Positions 29,239 to 39,449 of a stretch of 64,000 nucleotides of DNA are shown piece by piece. The DNA is taken from assembly GCA_963692865.2 (NCBI GenBank), contig OY843592.1, positions 3,168,001-3,232,000 on the forward strand, read 5' to 3'. Under the pieces are notes generated by a model, which saw only the letters and a list, made by a program, of their open reading frames with translations, was not told the origin of the DNA and searched no databases. The position numbers and the translations under genes were made by a program. Origin of the DNA: a bacterium (lineage in GTDB: Bacteria; UBA8248). The stretch's first letter is position 1. Each line of letters begins with the position of its first letter.

Positions 29239-30417
29239 ATGGCCCGGAAAAAAGCGACCTCCACTTTTTGGGGACACAGAAGGCCAGAGGGTCCTCCGGG
29301 CGGACGGAATCATCTCGCCATCGTCAGCGGCATGGACAATTCCAACCCTATAGTCCGCAGAATCGGCTCCCTGGTGCGAGACGCCACTCCCGTCAACACT
29401 TCGTTCGGTCGCGCACTGATGGGCGAGGACGAGGCGCAACATTGGCGGGTGATGGGCCATACCGCCGCCCACCCGAACGTAGGAGCCGCGATAATCGTGA
29501 GCCTAGAACCCAAAAGCGCCAACGCCATCGCGGAAGTAGCCGCCAGAACATCTCCCTGGATGCCCATTGAAGCCGTGAACATACAGGAGATTGGAGGCAC
29601 GCTCAGCACCACTTCGCACGTGGTGGAAATTGCAACGAAACTTTCCGCCCATCTCGCATCCGCCAAACGCGTCCGCTGTGAAATGGGCGAACTCACCATC
29701 GGGGCCGAATGCGGAGGATCGGATACGACCAGCGGCGTCATCTCGAACCCCGTGACGGGCATGGTCGCCGACAAGGTCGTGGAAGCGGGAGGTTCTGTCA
29801 TCTTTTCCGAAACGCTCGAAATCGTCGGAGCCGAGCATCTTCTCGCCCGTCGTGCCTCGGACAGGAAAACGGCGCGGAGAATCATCGATTCCGCAAGGCG
29901 CGCCGTCCATTACGCCGAAAGCATCGGCGTCGACTTCATCGGCTCGAACCCGGCGCCGGACAATATCCGGGGAGGACTCTCGTCCATAGAGGAGAAAAGC
30001 CTGGGGGCCATCAAAAAAGCGGGGAGCCACCCCATCGTCGAGGTCGTCGGCGTGGGAGAACGCCCCTCGAAGAAGGGCGCCATCTTCGCCGACGCTCCCT
30101 GCGCGGGCGTGGAGAACATCTCCTCGCTCGCGGCCAGTGGAGCGCAGGCGATTATATTCTCGACCGGAATCGGCAATCCCATCGGCCATCCCATCTCTCC
30201 CACAATCAAGGTGACCGGAAACCCCCGAACCGCGCGGACGATGGCTGAGAACATCGACGTGGACATCAGCGGCGTCATGGAAGGGACGATGCGCATCGAC
30301 GAGGCGAGGGATTTGCTCGAAAAAGAACTCCTCGCCGTTATGAGCGGAAAACTCACGACTTCGGAACTTCTGGGAGAAACCGAACTCACGGTAAGCCGGG
30401 CCGCGCTAAGCCTCTGA
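29239..30417 (+). CDS. UxaA family dehydratase/sulfo-lyase large subunit
   Basis: HPNVGA, ECGGSDTTSG..SNP, N..GGLSSIEEKSLG, FSTG.G. Confidence 0.88.
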   Translation: MARKKATSTFWGHRRPEGPPGGRNHLAIVSGMDNSNPIVRRIGSLVRDATPVNTSFGRALMGEDEAQHWRVMGHTAAHPNVGAAIIVSLEPKSANAIAEVAARTSPWMPIEAVNIQEIGGTLSTTSHVVEIATKLSAHLASAKRVRCEMGELTIGAECGGSDTTSGVISNPVTGMVADKVVEAGGSVIFSETLEIVGAEHLLARRASDRKTARRIIDSARRAVHYAESIGVDFIGSNPAPDNIRGGLSSIEEKSLGAIKKAGSHPIVEVVGVGERPSKKGAIFADAPCAGVENISSLAASGAQAIIFSTGIGNPIGHPISPTIKVTGNPRTARTMAENIDVDISGVMEGTMRIDEARDLLEKELLAVMSGKLTTSELLGETELTVSRAALSL

Positions 30418-30438
30418 AACTACTTCATTTCCTTTCAC

Positions 30439-30951
30439 TCAAAATCCCATTCCAACGATCAGGCGATTCCAGGCGTTGATGAGCGCGATGGCGCCTAAGA
30501 GTTCCACTATCTGTGCTTCAGAATAGTGCGCTTTCAGCGCTTCGAAAGTCTCATCCGAAACACTCACCCCCTGCGTGCTCTCCTCACACAGGCGAAGCGC
30601 CGCTTTTTCCTTTTCATCGAAGACGTCGCTGGATGAGCCCTCCTGCGCGGCTTTCGTCTTCTCATCCCCCACCTTGTGCATGCGCGCCATGTTGGAATGC
30701 ATGTTGGCGCAAAAATGACACCCGTTGAGCACCGATGCGCGAATGTTCAGGATTTCCTTGAAGCCGACGTCGATTTCCCCCGGGCCGTCCGCCACCGTTG
30801 TCAGGCTCAGCAAAGAGCGCAAAAAATCCGGTTTGTGGGCCAGCGCCTTCACGGGCGGAATCACGACGCCGAACTGTTTTTGCAGATTCTCCATGATGCG
30901 TTTTGCAGATGCTTCCGCCTGCTCGGGTTCTAACAAGGAAATCCGTGGCAT
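30439..30951 (-). CDS. Carboxymuconolactone decarboxylase/AhpD family protein
   Basis: S..NGCHFC...H motif, EKAAL, QIVEL...IALINAWNR. Confidence 0.85.
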   Translation of the reverse strand: MPRISLLEPEQAEASAKRIMENLQKQFGVVIPPVKALAHKPDFLRSLLSLTTVADGPGEIDVGFKEILNIRASVLNGCHFCANMHSNMARMHKVGDEKTKAAQEGSSSDVFDEKEKAALRLCEESTQGVSVSDETFEALKAHYSEAQIVELLGAIALINAWNRLIVGMGF

Positions 30952-31204
30952 TTCATGCTCCTTCGATAGATTCGAGTGGGTATATACACATTAACAAGAG
31001 ACAATTTCTGCTGAGTGATATTTACGCCACCCCAAGGCTGTCGGTCAATGAATACGCCCAAACTACTCTTTTCCCCGGAAGAACTTGTATGAGCGCAAGC
31101 GCAAAACATCTACTTTTGCTAAGATATGCACCATGATTTCTGATTCCCGCTACATGCGCCGATTCTCGCTACATGCGCCCCAACCGAATGGATGGTAACT
31201 GCCC

Positions 31205-32032
31205 ATGAGCAAACAAATTTCCTTACGAGAAGCCGCTTCTCTCATTGAAAAAGGAGACGCGATTAGTCCCGGCGGTACTCTTTTGCACAGAACGCCCGCC
31301 GCCCTGATACGTGAAATTGCGCGCGCGGGCCTTCGGGACCTCACGCTCATCAAGCCGTCTCCCGGTTACGACGCCGACCTCCTTTGCGCCGCAGGGGCCG
31401 TTAAGAGAATCATCAGCGGAATCGTTACGTTCGAGGCGGAATTCGGACTGGCGCCTCACTATCGAAAGGCGATTGAGAAAGGATTGGCCGGCCTCACCGA
31501 GCACGCCTGAGCCAGCGTTCTGGCCGGGCTGCGGGCCGCAGCCTACGGTGTTCCCTTCCAGCCTATTCGTGGATTTGGCGGGAGCGACATTCCTGAGCAA
31601 AGCGGTATTTTCACTTTCGAGGACCCCTACACGAAAGAAGAACTCCATGCGATTCCCGCCCTCAAGCCGGACTGGGCGTTGATCCACGTCCAGAAATCAG
31701 ACACGCAGGGAAACGCCCAAATACTCGGCAACCAGCAATTCGACGTTGAAATGACGCGCGCGGCGCAAAAAGGAGTCATACTCACAACCGAGAAAATCGT
31801 TGACCCAGAACAAATCGCCGTAGAGCCGGAGAGAACCACCATTCCGGGCTTTCTGGTCAAGGCGGTCGTGGAAACGCCGGGCGGGGCGTCTCCTTGCAGT
31901 TGCCATCCATACTATGGGGTCGACAAAACAGAAATGAGGCGCTACATGACCTTGACCCAGAGTCAAGACGGACTTCGGGAATATCTGGCAAGCACCGATA
32001 AAACACACGCACAAGACGCGGTGAAGAAATAA
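31205..32032 (+). CDS. Family I CoA-transferase alpha subunit (GctA-like), probable selenoprotein with an in-frame TGA at 31508-31510
   Basis: ORFs 31205-31510 and 31679-32032 share one frame; reading through the single TGA gives ...LTEHA-U-ASVLAGLRAAAYGVPFQP...DPYT...IPALKPDWALIHVQKSD..GN, a complete GctA-like chain of 275 aa. Confidence 0.85.
31511..31549 (+). promoter_or_regulatory. Candidate bacterial SECIS element
   Basis: GGCTGCG(31527-33)-GGC loop-CGCAGCC(31537-43), a G-containing apical loop 23 nt after the UGA; a second hairpin GCCAG-CGTT-CTGGC at 31511-31524. Confidence 0.55.
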
Positions 32033-32034
32033 CT

Positions 32035-32787
32035 ATGGACAACCGCCTGGCTTCGTTGCCCGAGCATGTGATCCGCGCTGGCAATCAGATGGCCGTAACG
32101 CTCTCGCGCCTCATCCAAGACGGCGAAAAGGTGTTTCACGGTGTCAACTCCCCGCTCCCCATGGTCGCGATCTTCTTGGCCAAGAAACGACATGCCCCCA
32201 ACTGCTCGCTCATAGAAGTCGCGGGCTCTGTAGATCCCAAACCACGCTTCATGCCGAACAGCACCGCCGACCCGGAGCTCTGCCACGGCGCGGCTTCTAT
32301 GTTTTACAACCCGGACATGTACGATCTGTTTGCTCGCGGCGGGGTGGACTTCGCTTTTCTGGGAGCCGCCCAACTCGACAAGCAGGGGCGGGCCAACATG
32401 AGCTATATCGGCAACCCGTTCCACCCGAAGGTGAGACTCCCCGGCGGCGGGGGAGGCGCCGTCATCATGCCGCAGGTGAAACGAACCGTAATCTGGCGAA
32501 CGGTGCACGACAGACGATTTCTCGTGCGCAGTGTCGATTTCTCGACGCAATCTGGCAATCTGAGCCACGTGGTAACGCCCAAGGCCTTGTTCGAGAAAAA
32601 AACCACCGGCCTCGAAGTCGTCAGCGTTCATCCCGGCCACTCGATGGATGAAGTGATCGAGAATACGGGCTTCGAACTGGAGCGCCCGAGCGCCGTGGCC
32701 CAAACCCCCGAGCCGAGCGCCGAGGAACTGAGCGCCCTGAAAGAACTCGACCCCGACGGCGTGCGCTTTTCGGAATTTCGTGTATAA
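32035..32787 (+). CDS. Family I CoA-transferase beta subunit (GctB-like)
   Basis: AK..HAP, FLGAAQLDKQG..N, RLPGGGG, VVTP, SVHPG, NTGF. Confidence 0.85.
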   Translation: MDNRLASLPEHVIRAGNQMAVTLSRLIQDGEKVFHGVNSPLPMVAIFLAKKRHAPNCSLIEVAGSVDPKPRFMPNSTADPELCHGAASMFYNPDMYDLFARGGVDFAFLGAAQLDKQGRANMSYIGNPFHPKVRLPGGGGGAVIMPQVKRTVIWRTVHDRRFLVRSVDFSTQSGNLSHVVTPKALFEKKTTGLEVVSVHPGHSMDEVIENTGFELERPSAVAQTPEPSAEELSALKELDPDGVRFSEFRV

Positions 32788-32871
32788 ACCGCAAACTTTC
32801 GTTGAGACAACGAGAGCCCATTCGCCACATGACGCCAGTCTCTTTGTAGGCGACGGAATTCGGAGAATTTC

Positions 32872-33513
32872 ATGAACAACGAATTGATGAATCGTTTGGG
32901 AAGCTATTCGACCTGCCAAGCGGCGGACGCGTTTGACAAATTGAATATCCGAGGCCACATGCCCGACATCATCCTGTTATCCCCGGATTCGGATTATCGA
33001 ATGGTGGGGGAAGCGCATACAGTTCGAATGGTTCCCGCGGGCGGCGGCCCTCTGCCAAAGCGCGAGGTGCACCACATCGACGCGGCGCCCGAGGGAAGCA
33101 TCGTCGTCATCAGCATCCCGCCCGGGGTGACAACGGCCAATTGGGGCGGGATGATGACCACCCGAGCGAAGGTAATGAACCTCGGCGGAGTCGTTCTCGA
33201 CGGCAGGGTCCGGGACATCGAGGAGCACCGACATATGGGATTCCCCGTGTTCGCCAGAGGAGTATCCGTTCACGGCAGCGGCGGATATACGGTTCCCATT
33301 ACCGTAGGGGAACCGATCAATTGCGGGGGCGTAACGGTAAGGCAGGGAGACGTCATTCTGGGCGACGTCAACGGCGTGGTCGTCATCCCTAAGGAAAGGC
33401 TCCAGGAAGTCATCGACAAGATGGATGAACTGGCGGAAATCGAAGAAAAAATCACCGAGGAGTTGGAAAAAGGAATGAGCATCGGTGAGGCATTCGCCAA
33501 GCACCGAAGCTAG
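32872..33513 (+). CDS. RraA family protein (HMG/CHA aldolase-like)
   Basis: ST...DA, A.WGG.M, DGRVRD, FPVFARG, GD.ILGD.NGVVVIP. Confidence 0.88.
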   Translation: MNNELMNRLGSYSTCQAADAFDKLNIRGHMPDIILLSPDSDYRMVGEAHTVRMVPAGGGPLPKREVHHIDAAPEGSIVVISIPPGVTTANWGGMMTTRAKVMNLGGVVLDGRVRDIEEHRHMGFPVFARGVSVHGSGGYTVPITVGEPINCGGVTVRQGDVILGDVNGVVVIPKERLQEVIDKMDELAEIEEKITEELEKGMSIGEAFAKHRS

Positions 33514-33656
33514 TACGAGGGCACGATAGCCGACTGAAACATGACCCTGATAAATCCAGCCGAAAGACGCATCCACCTAGCGGCGCCGGGTGAATCTGAT
33601 ATAATGACCTCAACAACTTCGGATATCCGCCCCAGATATATCCCGATAAACCCAAG

Positions 33657-34319
33657 ATGAACCTAACAAACACGTCCTCCCATATACTCCCCTTGCGGAC
33701 TCTTGTCATCAGTCTCGCTTTTTCCATTGTCCTGAGTGGATGCGGATTTTTGCCCACCCCAACGAGCCGTTATTTCAATGATGACGATTTATACGGTATC
33801 GCCTCCTGGTATGGAAACCCCTACCACGGGCGCAAAACGGCGAACGGCGAAACGTACGACATGCACGCTCTCACCGCAGCGCACCGCACCCTGCCTTTTG
33901 GCTCCATCGTACGGGTGCGCAGAAGTGACGACGGGCGGGAAGTGCAAGTGCGAATCAACGATCGCGGCCCTTTTTTCATAAGCCGGGTTATCGATCTCTC
34001 ACGAGAGGCGGCCCGCAGAATCGGTATGTTGCGCAAGGGCACCACCGAGGTTCACATCGAACCCCTCTACATTCCCCGGGAACCGAACCCGAAATGGATG
34101 ATCCTGGTGGGCGGGTTCATGGAAAAAATAGAAGCGCAGGAATTCGCAGATCATTTTCACCGCAACGGCGCGATCTCGGAGATCCGGCCAGGCTGGCATG
34201 GAAACTACGACCATTACCACGTACAGATCAAAGGACTTGTAGGCGAGAGCAAAGCGAAGCGGTTGGTGGAAAGACTGCAGCGCAACGGGTACGGGGCATT
34301 CATCGTGCGAGCGAAATAA
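33657..34319 (+). CDS. rlpA: Septal ring lytic transglycosylase RlpA family lipoprotein
   Basis: Lipobox LSGC, GIASWYG..YHGRKTANGE, TAAHRTLP, RINDRGPF, C-terminal SPOR-like region. Confidence 0.9.
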   Translation: MNLTNTSSHILPLRTLVISLAFSIVLSGCGFLPTPTSRYFNDDDLYGIASWYGNPYHGRKTANGETYDMHALTAAHRTLPFGSIVRVRRSDDGREVQVRINDRGPFFISRVIDLSREAARRIGMLRKGTTEVHIEPLYIPREPNPKWMILVGGFMEKIEAQEFADHFHRNGAISEIRPGWHGNYDHYHVQIKGLVGESKAKRLVERLQRNGYGAFIVRAK

Positions 34320-34323
34320 AAAT

Positions 34324-36396
34324 TCAGGCCCTATCGAGCGCCGTTTTGATCGCCTCCAAATTCGTGAGCGGTTCCTTGCACGTGAAATTTTCGCATAGGT
34401 AAACGGTGGCCCGTCCATCCAACATGGATTTCCCATCGAGCACGGGCACTGTGGCGTCTGCTTCTTCGTCAGAAGCTTCCGATTTGAATGCCAAAACCTT
34501 GTTGGGAATAAAGCGGGAATCGACCGCCCTGAGAGCCGCGCGCGTATCTTTCGAATCCCTCTCGCCGACGATCGCCACCTCCACCGGAGAATCGAGATAA
34601 AAGTCCAGCGCCACCAGCATCATATGGAAAGCGGCCGGCACGCGGCCCAGGTAATCGCCAAACGAGCGCAATACGCCCTCCCCGCGTTCTGCGAATTCCG
34701 CCTCGCCCGAGAGTTTCGCCAGCTTCAACAAACCCAGCGCCGCTATCGAGTTCCCGCTCGGGACGGCGCCGTCTTGCGTCATCTTCTTCCTGACGATGAG
34801 CCGCTCGTGATCGTGGGCCGTAAAGAAGAAAGCGCCGCCCGCATCATCCCAATAGCGAGAAATCATCTCCCGCGCCAAACCCGAAGCCGCTCGAATCCAC
34901 CGGGGCTCGAAGCTCGCCTCGTATAAATCCACCAAACCGACAATCAGAAAAGCATAATCATCCAGATACGCGTTGAACTTGCTCACGCCTTCGCGGTGGC
35001 TTCTCAGCAGGCCCCGCTCATCGCGCATGTTGTTCAAGATAAAATCCGCCGCCTTGCCCGCTTCTTCCACGTAGGGGGGATGTTCCAAAATCCTGCCCGC
35101 CATGGCCATCGAGCCGATCATGAGTCCGTTCCAACTGGTGAGAATTTTATCGTCCAGACCCGGCTTCACGCGCCTCTCACGCACGGCAAAGAGCTTTGCG
35201 CGCCCTCTTTGTAAAACATCAAAGAGCTTCTCTTCCGTGATGCCCAGCTCTTCGGCGAAAACGCGGGGTGGTTTCTGGATGAACAAGGCGGAAGTATTGC
35301 CCTCAAAGTTGCCCTCCTCCGTCACGCTGTAGAACCGGCAGAATATGTCCGCTTCTTCCTTGCCGAGAATCCCTTCTATTTCCTCTGGACGCCACACGAA
35401 GAACTTGCCCTCCTCGCCCTCGCTGTCGGCGTCCTGCGCGGAGTAGAATCCTCCGCCCGGGCTGGTCATCTCGCGCAAAACGTAATCGAGCGTATCCGTC
35501 ACCACGGAGCGGTAAAATGCGCTTCCCGTCGCCTGGTAGGCCTCGAGGTAGACTCTGGAGAGAAGAGCGTTGTCGTAAAGCATTTTCTCAAAGTGCGGAA
35601 TGAGCCAGTAAACATCCACGCTGTAGCGGTGAAAACCTCCTCCGAGTTGATCGTACATCCCGCCCAGCGCCATTCTTTGAAGCGTTACCTCAACCATTTT
35701 CAACAGTTCCTGATCAGGAGAGCGCTTCCATTTCCTCAAAAGCAGCATCAGCGCCATGGAGGGCGGGAATTTCGGAGCGCTCCCGAAACCACCCCAGGCG
35801 GAGTCGAATCGCTCCTTCAGTTCCTGCGCGGCCTGCTCTATCCACTCCGCTTTCAAATCACCTTTTGTTGCCGTAACGACTCCCATTTGCTGCAAATTCG
35901 CTGTTAGGCTCTCCGCGTTATCCTGCAACTCCTCCTGTCTCGTTCGATACACCTCGGCCAGTCTCAAGAGTACGTTCTTGAAACCGGGTCTCCCCCATTT
36001 GTCATGCGGCGGGAAATAAGTACCTCCGAAAAAGGGCCTCAAATCCGGGAGCAAGAAAACGCTCATGGGCCAGCCGCCCTGGCCCGTCATCATCTGCACC
36101 GCCTCCATGTAGATGCCGTCGATATCGGGGCGTTCTTCCCGATCCACTTTGATGGAAACGAAATGCTCGTTCAGGATTTGGGCGATTTCTTCATCCTCGA
36201 AACTTTCATGCTCCATCACATGACACCAATGGCAGGCGGAATAGCCGACGGACAAAAAAATGGGCTTGTTTTCTTCTCTTGACTTGCGGAGCGCATCCTC
36301 TCCCCAGGGATACCAATCCACCGGATTGTATTGATGCTGCAAGAGATACGGGCTCGTCTCCTGCGCGAGACTGTTTTTCTGCCGGGGCTGATTCAT
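34324..36396 (-). CDS. YyaL/SSP411 thioredoxin-domain protein with glycosidase-like alpha/alpha barrel
   Basis: [42 protein letters not shown]. Confidence 0.92.
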   Translation of the reverse strand: MNQPRQKNSLAQETSPYLLQHQYNPVDWYPWGEDALRKSREENKPIFLSVGYSACHWCHVMEHESFEDEEIAQILNEHFVSIKVDREERPDIDGIYMEAVQMMTGQGGWPMSVFLLPDLRPFFGGTYFPPHDKWGRPGFKNVLLRLAEVYRTRQEELQDNAESLTANLQQMGVVTATKGDLKAEWIEQAAQELKERFDSAWGGFGSAPKFPPSMALMLLLRKWKRSPDQELLKMVEVTLQRMALGGMYDQLGGGFHRYSVDVYWLIPHFEKMLYDNALLSRVYLEAYQATGSAFYRSVVTDTLDYVLREMTSPGGGFYSAQDADSEGEEGKFFVWRPEEIEGILGKEEADIFCRFYSVTEEGNFEGNTSALFIQKPPRVFAEELGITEEKLFDVLQRGRAKLFAVRERRVKPGLDDKILTSWNGLMIGSMAMAGRILEHPPYVEEAGKAADFILNNMRDERGLLRSHREGVSKFNAYLDDYAFLIVGLVDLYEASFEPRWIRAASGLAREMISRYWDDAGGAFFFTAHDHERLIVRKKMTQDGAVPSGNSIAALGLLKLAKLSGEAEFAERGEGVLRSFGDYLGRVPAAFHMMLVALDFYLDSPVEVAIVGERDSKDTRAALRAVDSRFIPNKVLAFKSEASDEEADATVPVLDGKSMLDGRATVYLCENFTCKEPLTNLEAIKTALDRA

Positions 36397-36468
36397 GAAT
36401 TCCTCAGATGGGTGGGAGAAAGTCCATTTGCAGAGAAAAATACCCGCCGACAGGGTATGGGAGAATGC

Positions 36469-36972
36469 TCAACAAAACAATTCGGGCTGGGGAACGATTT
36501 GCGCATACGTCTCCACGCGCCCATCTCCGCGAATGTGCAATATATTTTCATTGCAATTCTCCGCCCAAGCGGCGGATATCAGATGCAGGCGATGGCAATT
36601 TCTCGGGTTTTCCTCCGCGCAAAGAACCGCCGTTGGCTCTCTTTTCACCTGCGCCCTCAGGCGCGTCATAGCGTGGATGAAATCTTCCCTGCATCTCACC
36701 TTCATCCAGCTGATGCGTCCTTCGGCGTCAAATAATTCGGGATTTCGTCTGAAGTCGCGTTTTCCGCCGAACGCTTCTCCCTCCCAGAAGTATGCGATGT
36801 CTCGCGACGAGAGGCTCTGGTCCATCCTCTCTCTGTTGAACTGCGGATTTCTCCTGCTGTATGGGATGCTTCGCACGTCCACCACGCATGCGATTCCGTG
36901 GCGGAGCAGCAAGTCCAGGAATTTCCCGGCGCAGTGGTTGCTGTGGCCTATCGTCCAGAGCGGGTGCTTCAA
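36469..36972 (-). CDS. DUF488 domain protein
   Basis: WTIGHS, DVRSIPYSR.NPQF, LCAE.....CHR; TTG start at 36972 overlaps the upstream TGA. Confidence 0.82.
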   Translation of the reverse strand: MKHPLWTIGHSNHCAGKFLDLLLRHGIACVVDVRSIPYSRRNPQFNRERMDQSLSSRDIAYFWEGEAFGGKRDFRRNPELFDAEGRISWMKVRCREDFIHAMTRLRAQVKREPTAVLCAEENPRNCHRLHLISAAWAENCNENILHIRGDGRVETYAQIVPQPELFC

Positions 36973-38309
36973 GCGAAACCCCCCATGAACGTCGCCGCAA
37001 TCTCGCATCCACGATGAAAAATCTCCACGTCGATATTCTCATCCGGCGCATGAGAGTTCGAATCGGCATTGGCGAGGGGGAACCAGACGGACGGAATGCC
37101 TAAGTCTCTTGTGAACATGCTGTCGGGAACACTGCCGCCGAAGTTCGGGTAGATGACCGGCTCGACCCCGTCACAGCCGATGGCCTTGATTACGTTCTGC
37201 ACGTAAGGAGCGTCCGCCGGTGTTTTGCTGGCGTCGAATGTGGCCATCTTGCGCACCTCGATGTCTTCGAACCCTTCTGCCTTCAAAAACGAACACACAT
37301 CCTCAAAAAGTCTTTCCGGGTCCTGTTCCACCACGAGGCGGAAATCCAGCTTTGCGCGTGCGGAACCCGGGAGAATCGTTTTCATCCCATCGCTAGAATA
37401 CCCTCCCTGAAAACCACAGATGTTCAGATTCGGCCGGGTGAGAGATTTCGCATAAAAGGCGGAAAGTTCCGGAATCCGGTAAACCCCATCGCCGATGACG
37501 GCCCGAAGTTCCGCTTCCGGGTCGGGGATTCCCTCCAGTGCATCCTGGTCCGCATCGCCAATCGGCAGCACGGAATCGTAAAATCCGGGCACGCGTATCC
37601 AGCCCTCATCATCTCGCAGACATTGCACGGCCTCCATTAGCCGCCAGAATGGATTCGGGACAGGCCCGCCGTACGTCCCGGAATGAAGGTCCTTTCCGAC
37701 GCCGTGCGAGATCAGTTCGATGTAGAGCAATCCCCGGCAGCCCAGCGAAAGCGTCGGCCTGCCAGAGGGGTGCAAGGAGCCATCCGATGAACAGGCGATA
37801 TCCGCCTTCAACAACTCCTTGTTCTCCTGGATGAATTTCCTCAAGCTGGGAGAGCCCATTTCCTCCTCGCCCTCTATCAAAAACTTGAGATTGACGGGCA
37901 ATTCCGTGTTCGTCTCATGGTAGGCCTCAACCGCCTTGATATGGGCGAAATGCTGGCCCTTGTTGTCTCCCGACCCACGTGCGTAGAGGCGGCCATCGCG
38001 CACTTGGGGCTCGAAAGGCTCGGAACTCCAGCCCTCGGACATATCGGCCGGCTGAACGTCATAGTGGCCATAGATCAGCATGGTCGGAGCATCCGGTGGC
38101 CCTTTCACTTGCCCGTATACGAGCGAAATACCCTCGGTCGGCAGAATCCGCGCCTCGATGCCCGCGCCACTCATCAACCTCGCCAGATGCGACGCCGCCT
38201 CTTCCACTCCGACGCCCAAAGTGCTGATAGAGGGAATTTTGAGATATTCGATGAGTTCCGCCAGACTCTGCTCCCTTCTGGCCCGCAGAAAATCAATCAC
38301 CGCCGACAT
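36969..38309 (-). CDS. M20/M25/M40 family metallo-dipeptidase
   Basis: YGHYDVQP, ARGSGDNKGQ, EGEEE.GS, HSG, HAPDEN; start MSAVIDF after GGAGG. Confidence 0.9.
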   Translation of the reverse strand: MSAVIDFLRARREQSLAELIEYLKIPSISTLGVGVEEAASHLARLMSGAGIEARILPTEGISLVYGQVKGPPDAPTMLIYGHYDVQPADMSEGWSSEPFEPQVRDGRLYARGSGDNKGQHFAHIKAVEAYHETNTELPVNLKFLIEGEEEMGSPSLRKFIQENKELLKADIACSSDGSLHPSGRPTLSLGCRGLLYIELISHGVGKDLHSGTYGGPVPNPFWRLMEAVQCLRDDEGWIRVPGFYDSVLPIGDADQDALEGIPDPEAELRAVIGDGVYRIPELSAFYAKSLTRPNLNICGFQGGYSSDGMKTILPGSARAKLDFRLVVEQDPERLFEDVCSFLKAEGFEDIEVRKMATFDASKTPADAPYVQNVIKAIGCDGVEPVIYPNFGGSVPDSMFTRDLGIPSVWFPLANADSNSHAPDENIDVEIFHRGCEIAATFMGGFA

Positions 38310-38432
38310 TCCACCCTCCTTCACAAAGAGCCGTTTCGACGAGGTGTTGCCGAAATCATCGACCCGGCTTATTCTGAGAGATAGCTTGAACCTGCCGAAT
38401 TCTTTTGCCGCCACGCAAAAATTGGATTTCGC

Positions 38433-39443
38433 ATGATTCGATCTGTAATTAGCATAATTCATCGCACCATCAAGGTCATCCGCTTAGGGCGTCTTCTGCT
38501 TTTCATGCTCGCTATACTGATGGTGACCAGTTGCGCCCGGCCCCGCACCTTGAACCTTGCTCCTGCTCCGGAGGGAAGCTACGACCATCAGGAAAATTAT
38601 ATCGAACTACCATCAAGCATCGAAAACGCCTCGATTACGGGGTATCTGGTGCGTCCCTCGGAAAAGGGGAGATTCCCTTGCGTCGTATTGCTGCACGGGA
38701 AAGGCGGTTGGTGGCGAGCATACATCCGCTACGCCCGAAAACTCGCGAGCCATGGGTTCTCATCCTTGGTCATCAATTATTACTCGGTGCACCAGGTGGA
38801 CCTGGAGGGTCTTAGAACACCTTTCGTCCAACGAAAATCGAATTTCGAACGCCAGAATGAAGACATTAACCGAGCCGTTTCCGCTTTTGCTAAAAGCGCG
38901 CATTGCATACACAACAAGGTCGGTCTCATCGGATTCTCACTCGGCGCGGACAAGGCGTTCCGTGCGGCCGCGTCGCTTCCGGTCATAAAGGCCGTGGTGG
39001 CGTATTACGGCCCTTATGATTATGAGGCTCTCATCAAGAAGCGAATCACCTCCGTCGTTCTCGCCCTGGCGACCGAAGATCTGCTGCGCTGGAAAAATTA
39101 TCTGGAATTTCACAGTCCCGCCAACAAGATCCAGAACTCAAAAGCTTCCGCCTTGATATTCCACGGCGTGACGGACGGAATCATTCCCGTCCAGCAATCT
39201 TTCACGATGATGAAAAGATTAAGAGCGAGAAAATCGGGCTACGCCCAATTGAAACTTTACGAGGGAACCGGCCACAATTTCGTACTCAGAAGAAGAACGC
39301 CCCGGGAAAGAGAAGACTCGATTCGCCTCGCATTGATTTTCCTCAAAAACCACCTGCCCCAATCAAGTGAATCACCCAAGGCGCAAAACGTGGTCGATAC
39401 ACGCGCCGATCTTGCTCCCCCAAACGACAAACAAGGCAGTTGA
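38433..39443 (+). CDS. Dienelactone hydrolase family lipoprotein
   Basis: Lipobox VTSC, VLLHG, GFSLG nucleophile elbow, FHG.TD, GTGHNF. Confidence 0.78.
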   Translation: MIRSVISIIHRTIKVIRLGRLLLFMLAILMVTSCARPRTLNLAPAPEGSYDHQENYIELPSSIENASITGYLVRPSEKGRFPCVVLLHGKGGWWRAYIRYARKLASHGFSSLVINYYSVHQVDLEGLRTPFVQRKSNFERQNEDINRAVSAFAKSAHCIHNKVGLIGFSLGADKAFRAAASLPVIKAVVAYYGPYDYEALIKKRITSVVLALATEDLLRWKNYLEFHSPANKIQNSKASALIFHGVTDGIIPVQQSFTMMKRLRARKSGYAQLKLYEGTGHNFVLRRRTPREREDSIRLALIFLKNHLPQSSESPKAQNVVDTRADLAPPNDKQGS

Positions 39444-39449
39444 CACATC

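Noticed and set aside
31205-31510. Pseudogene or naturally split gene reading of the CoA-transferase alpha subunit
   Set aside because: Not excluded but disfavoured: only one lesion, it is specifically TGA, the downstream ORF has no convincing start, and a SECIS-like hairpin follows.
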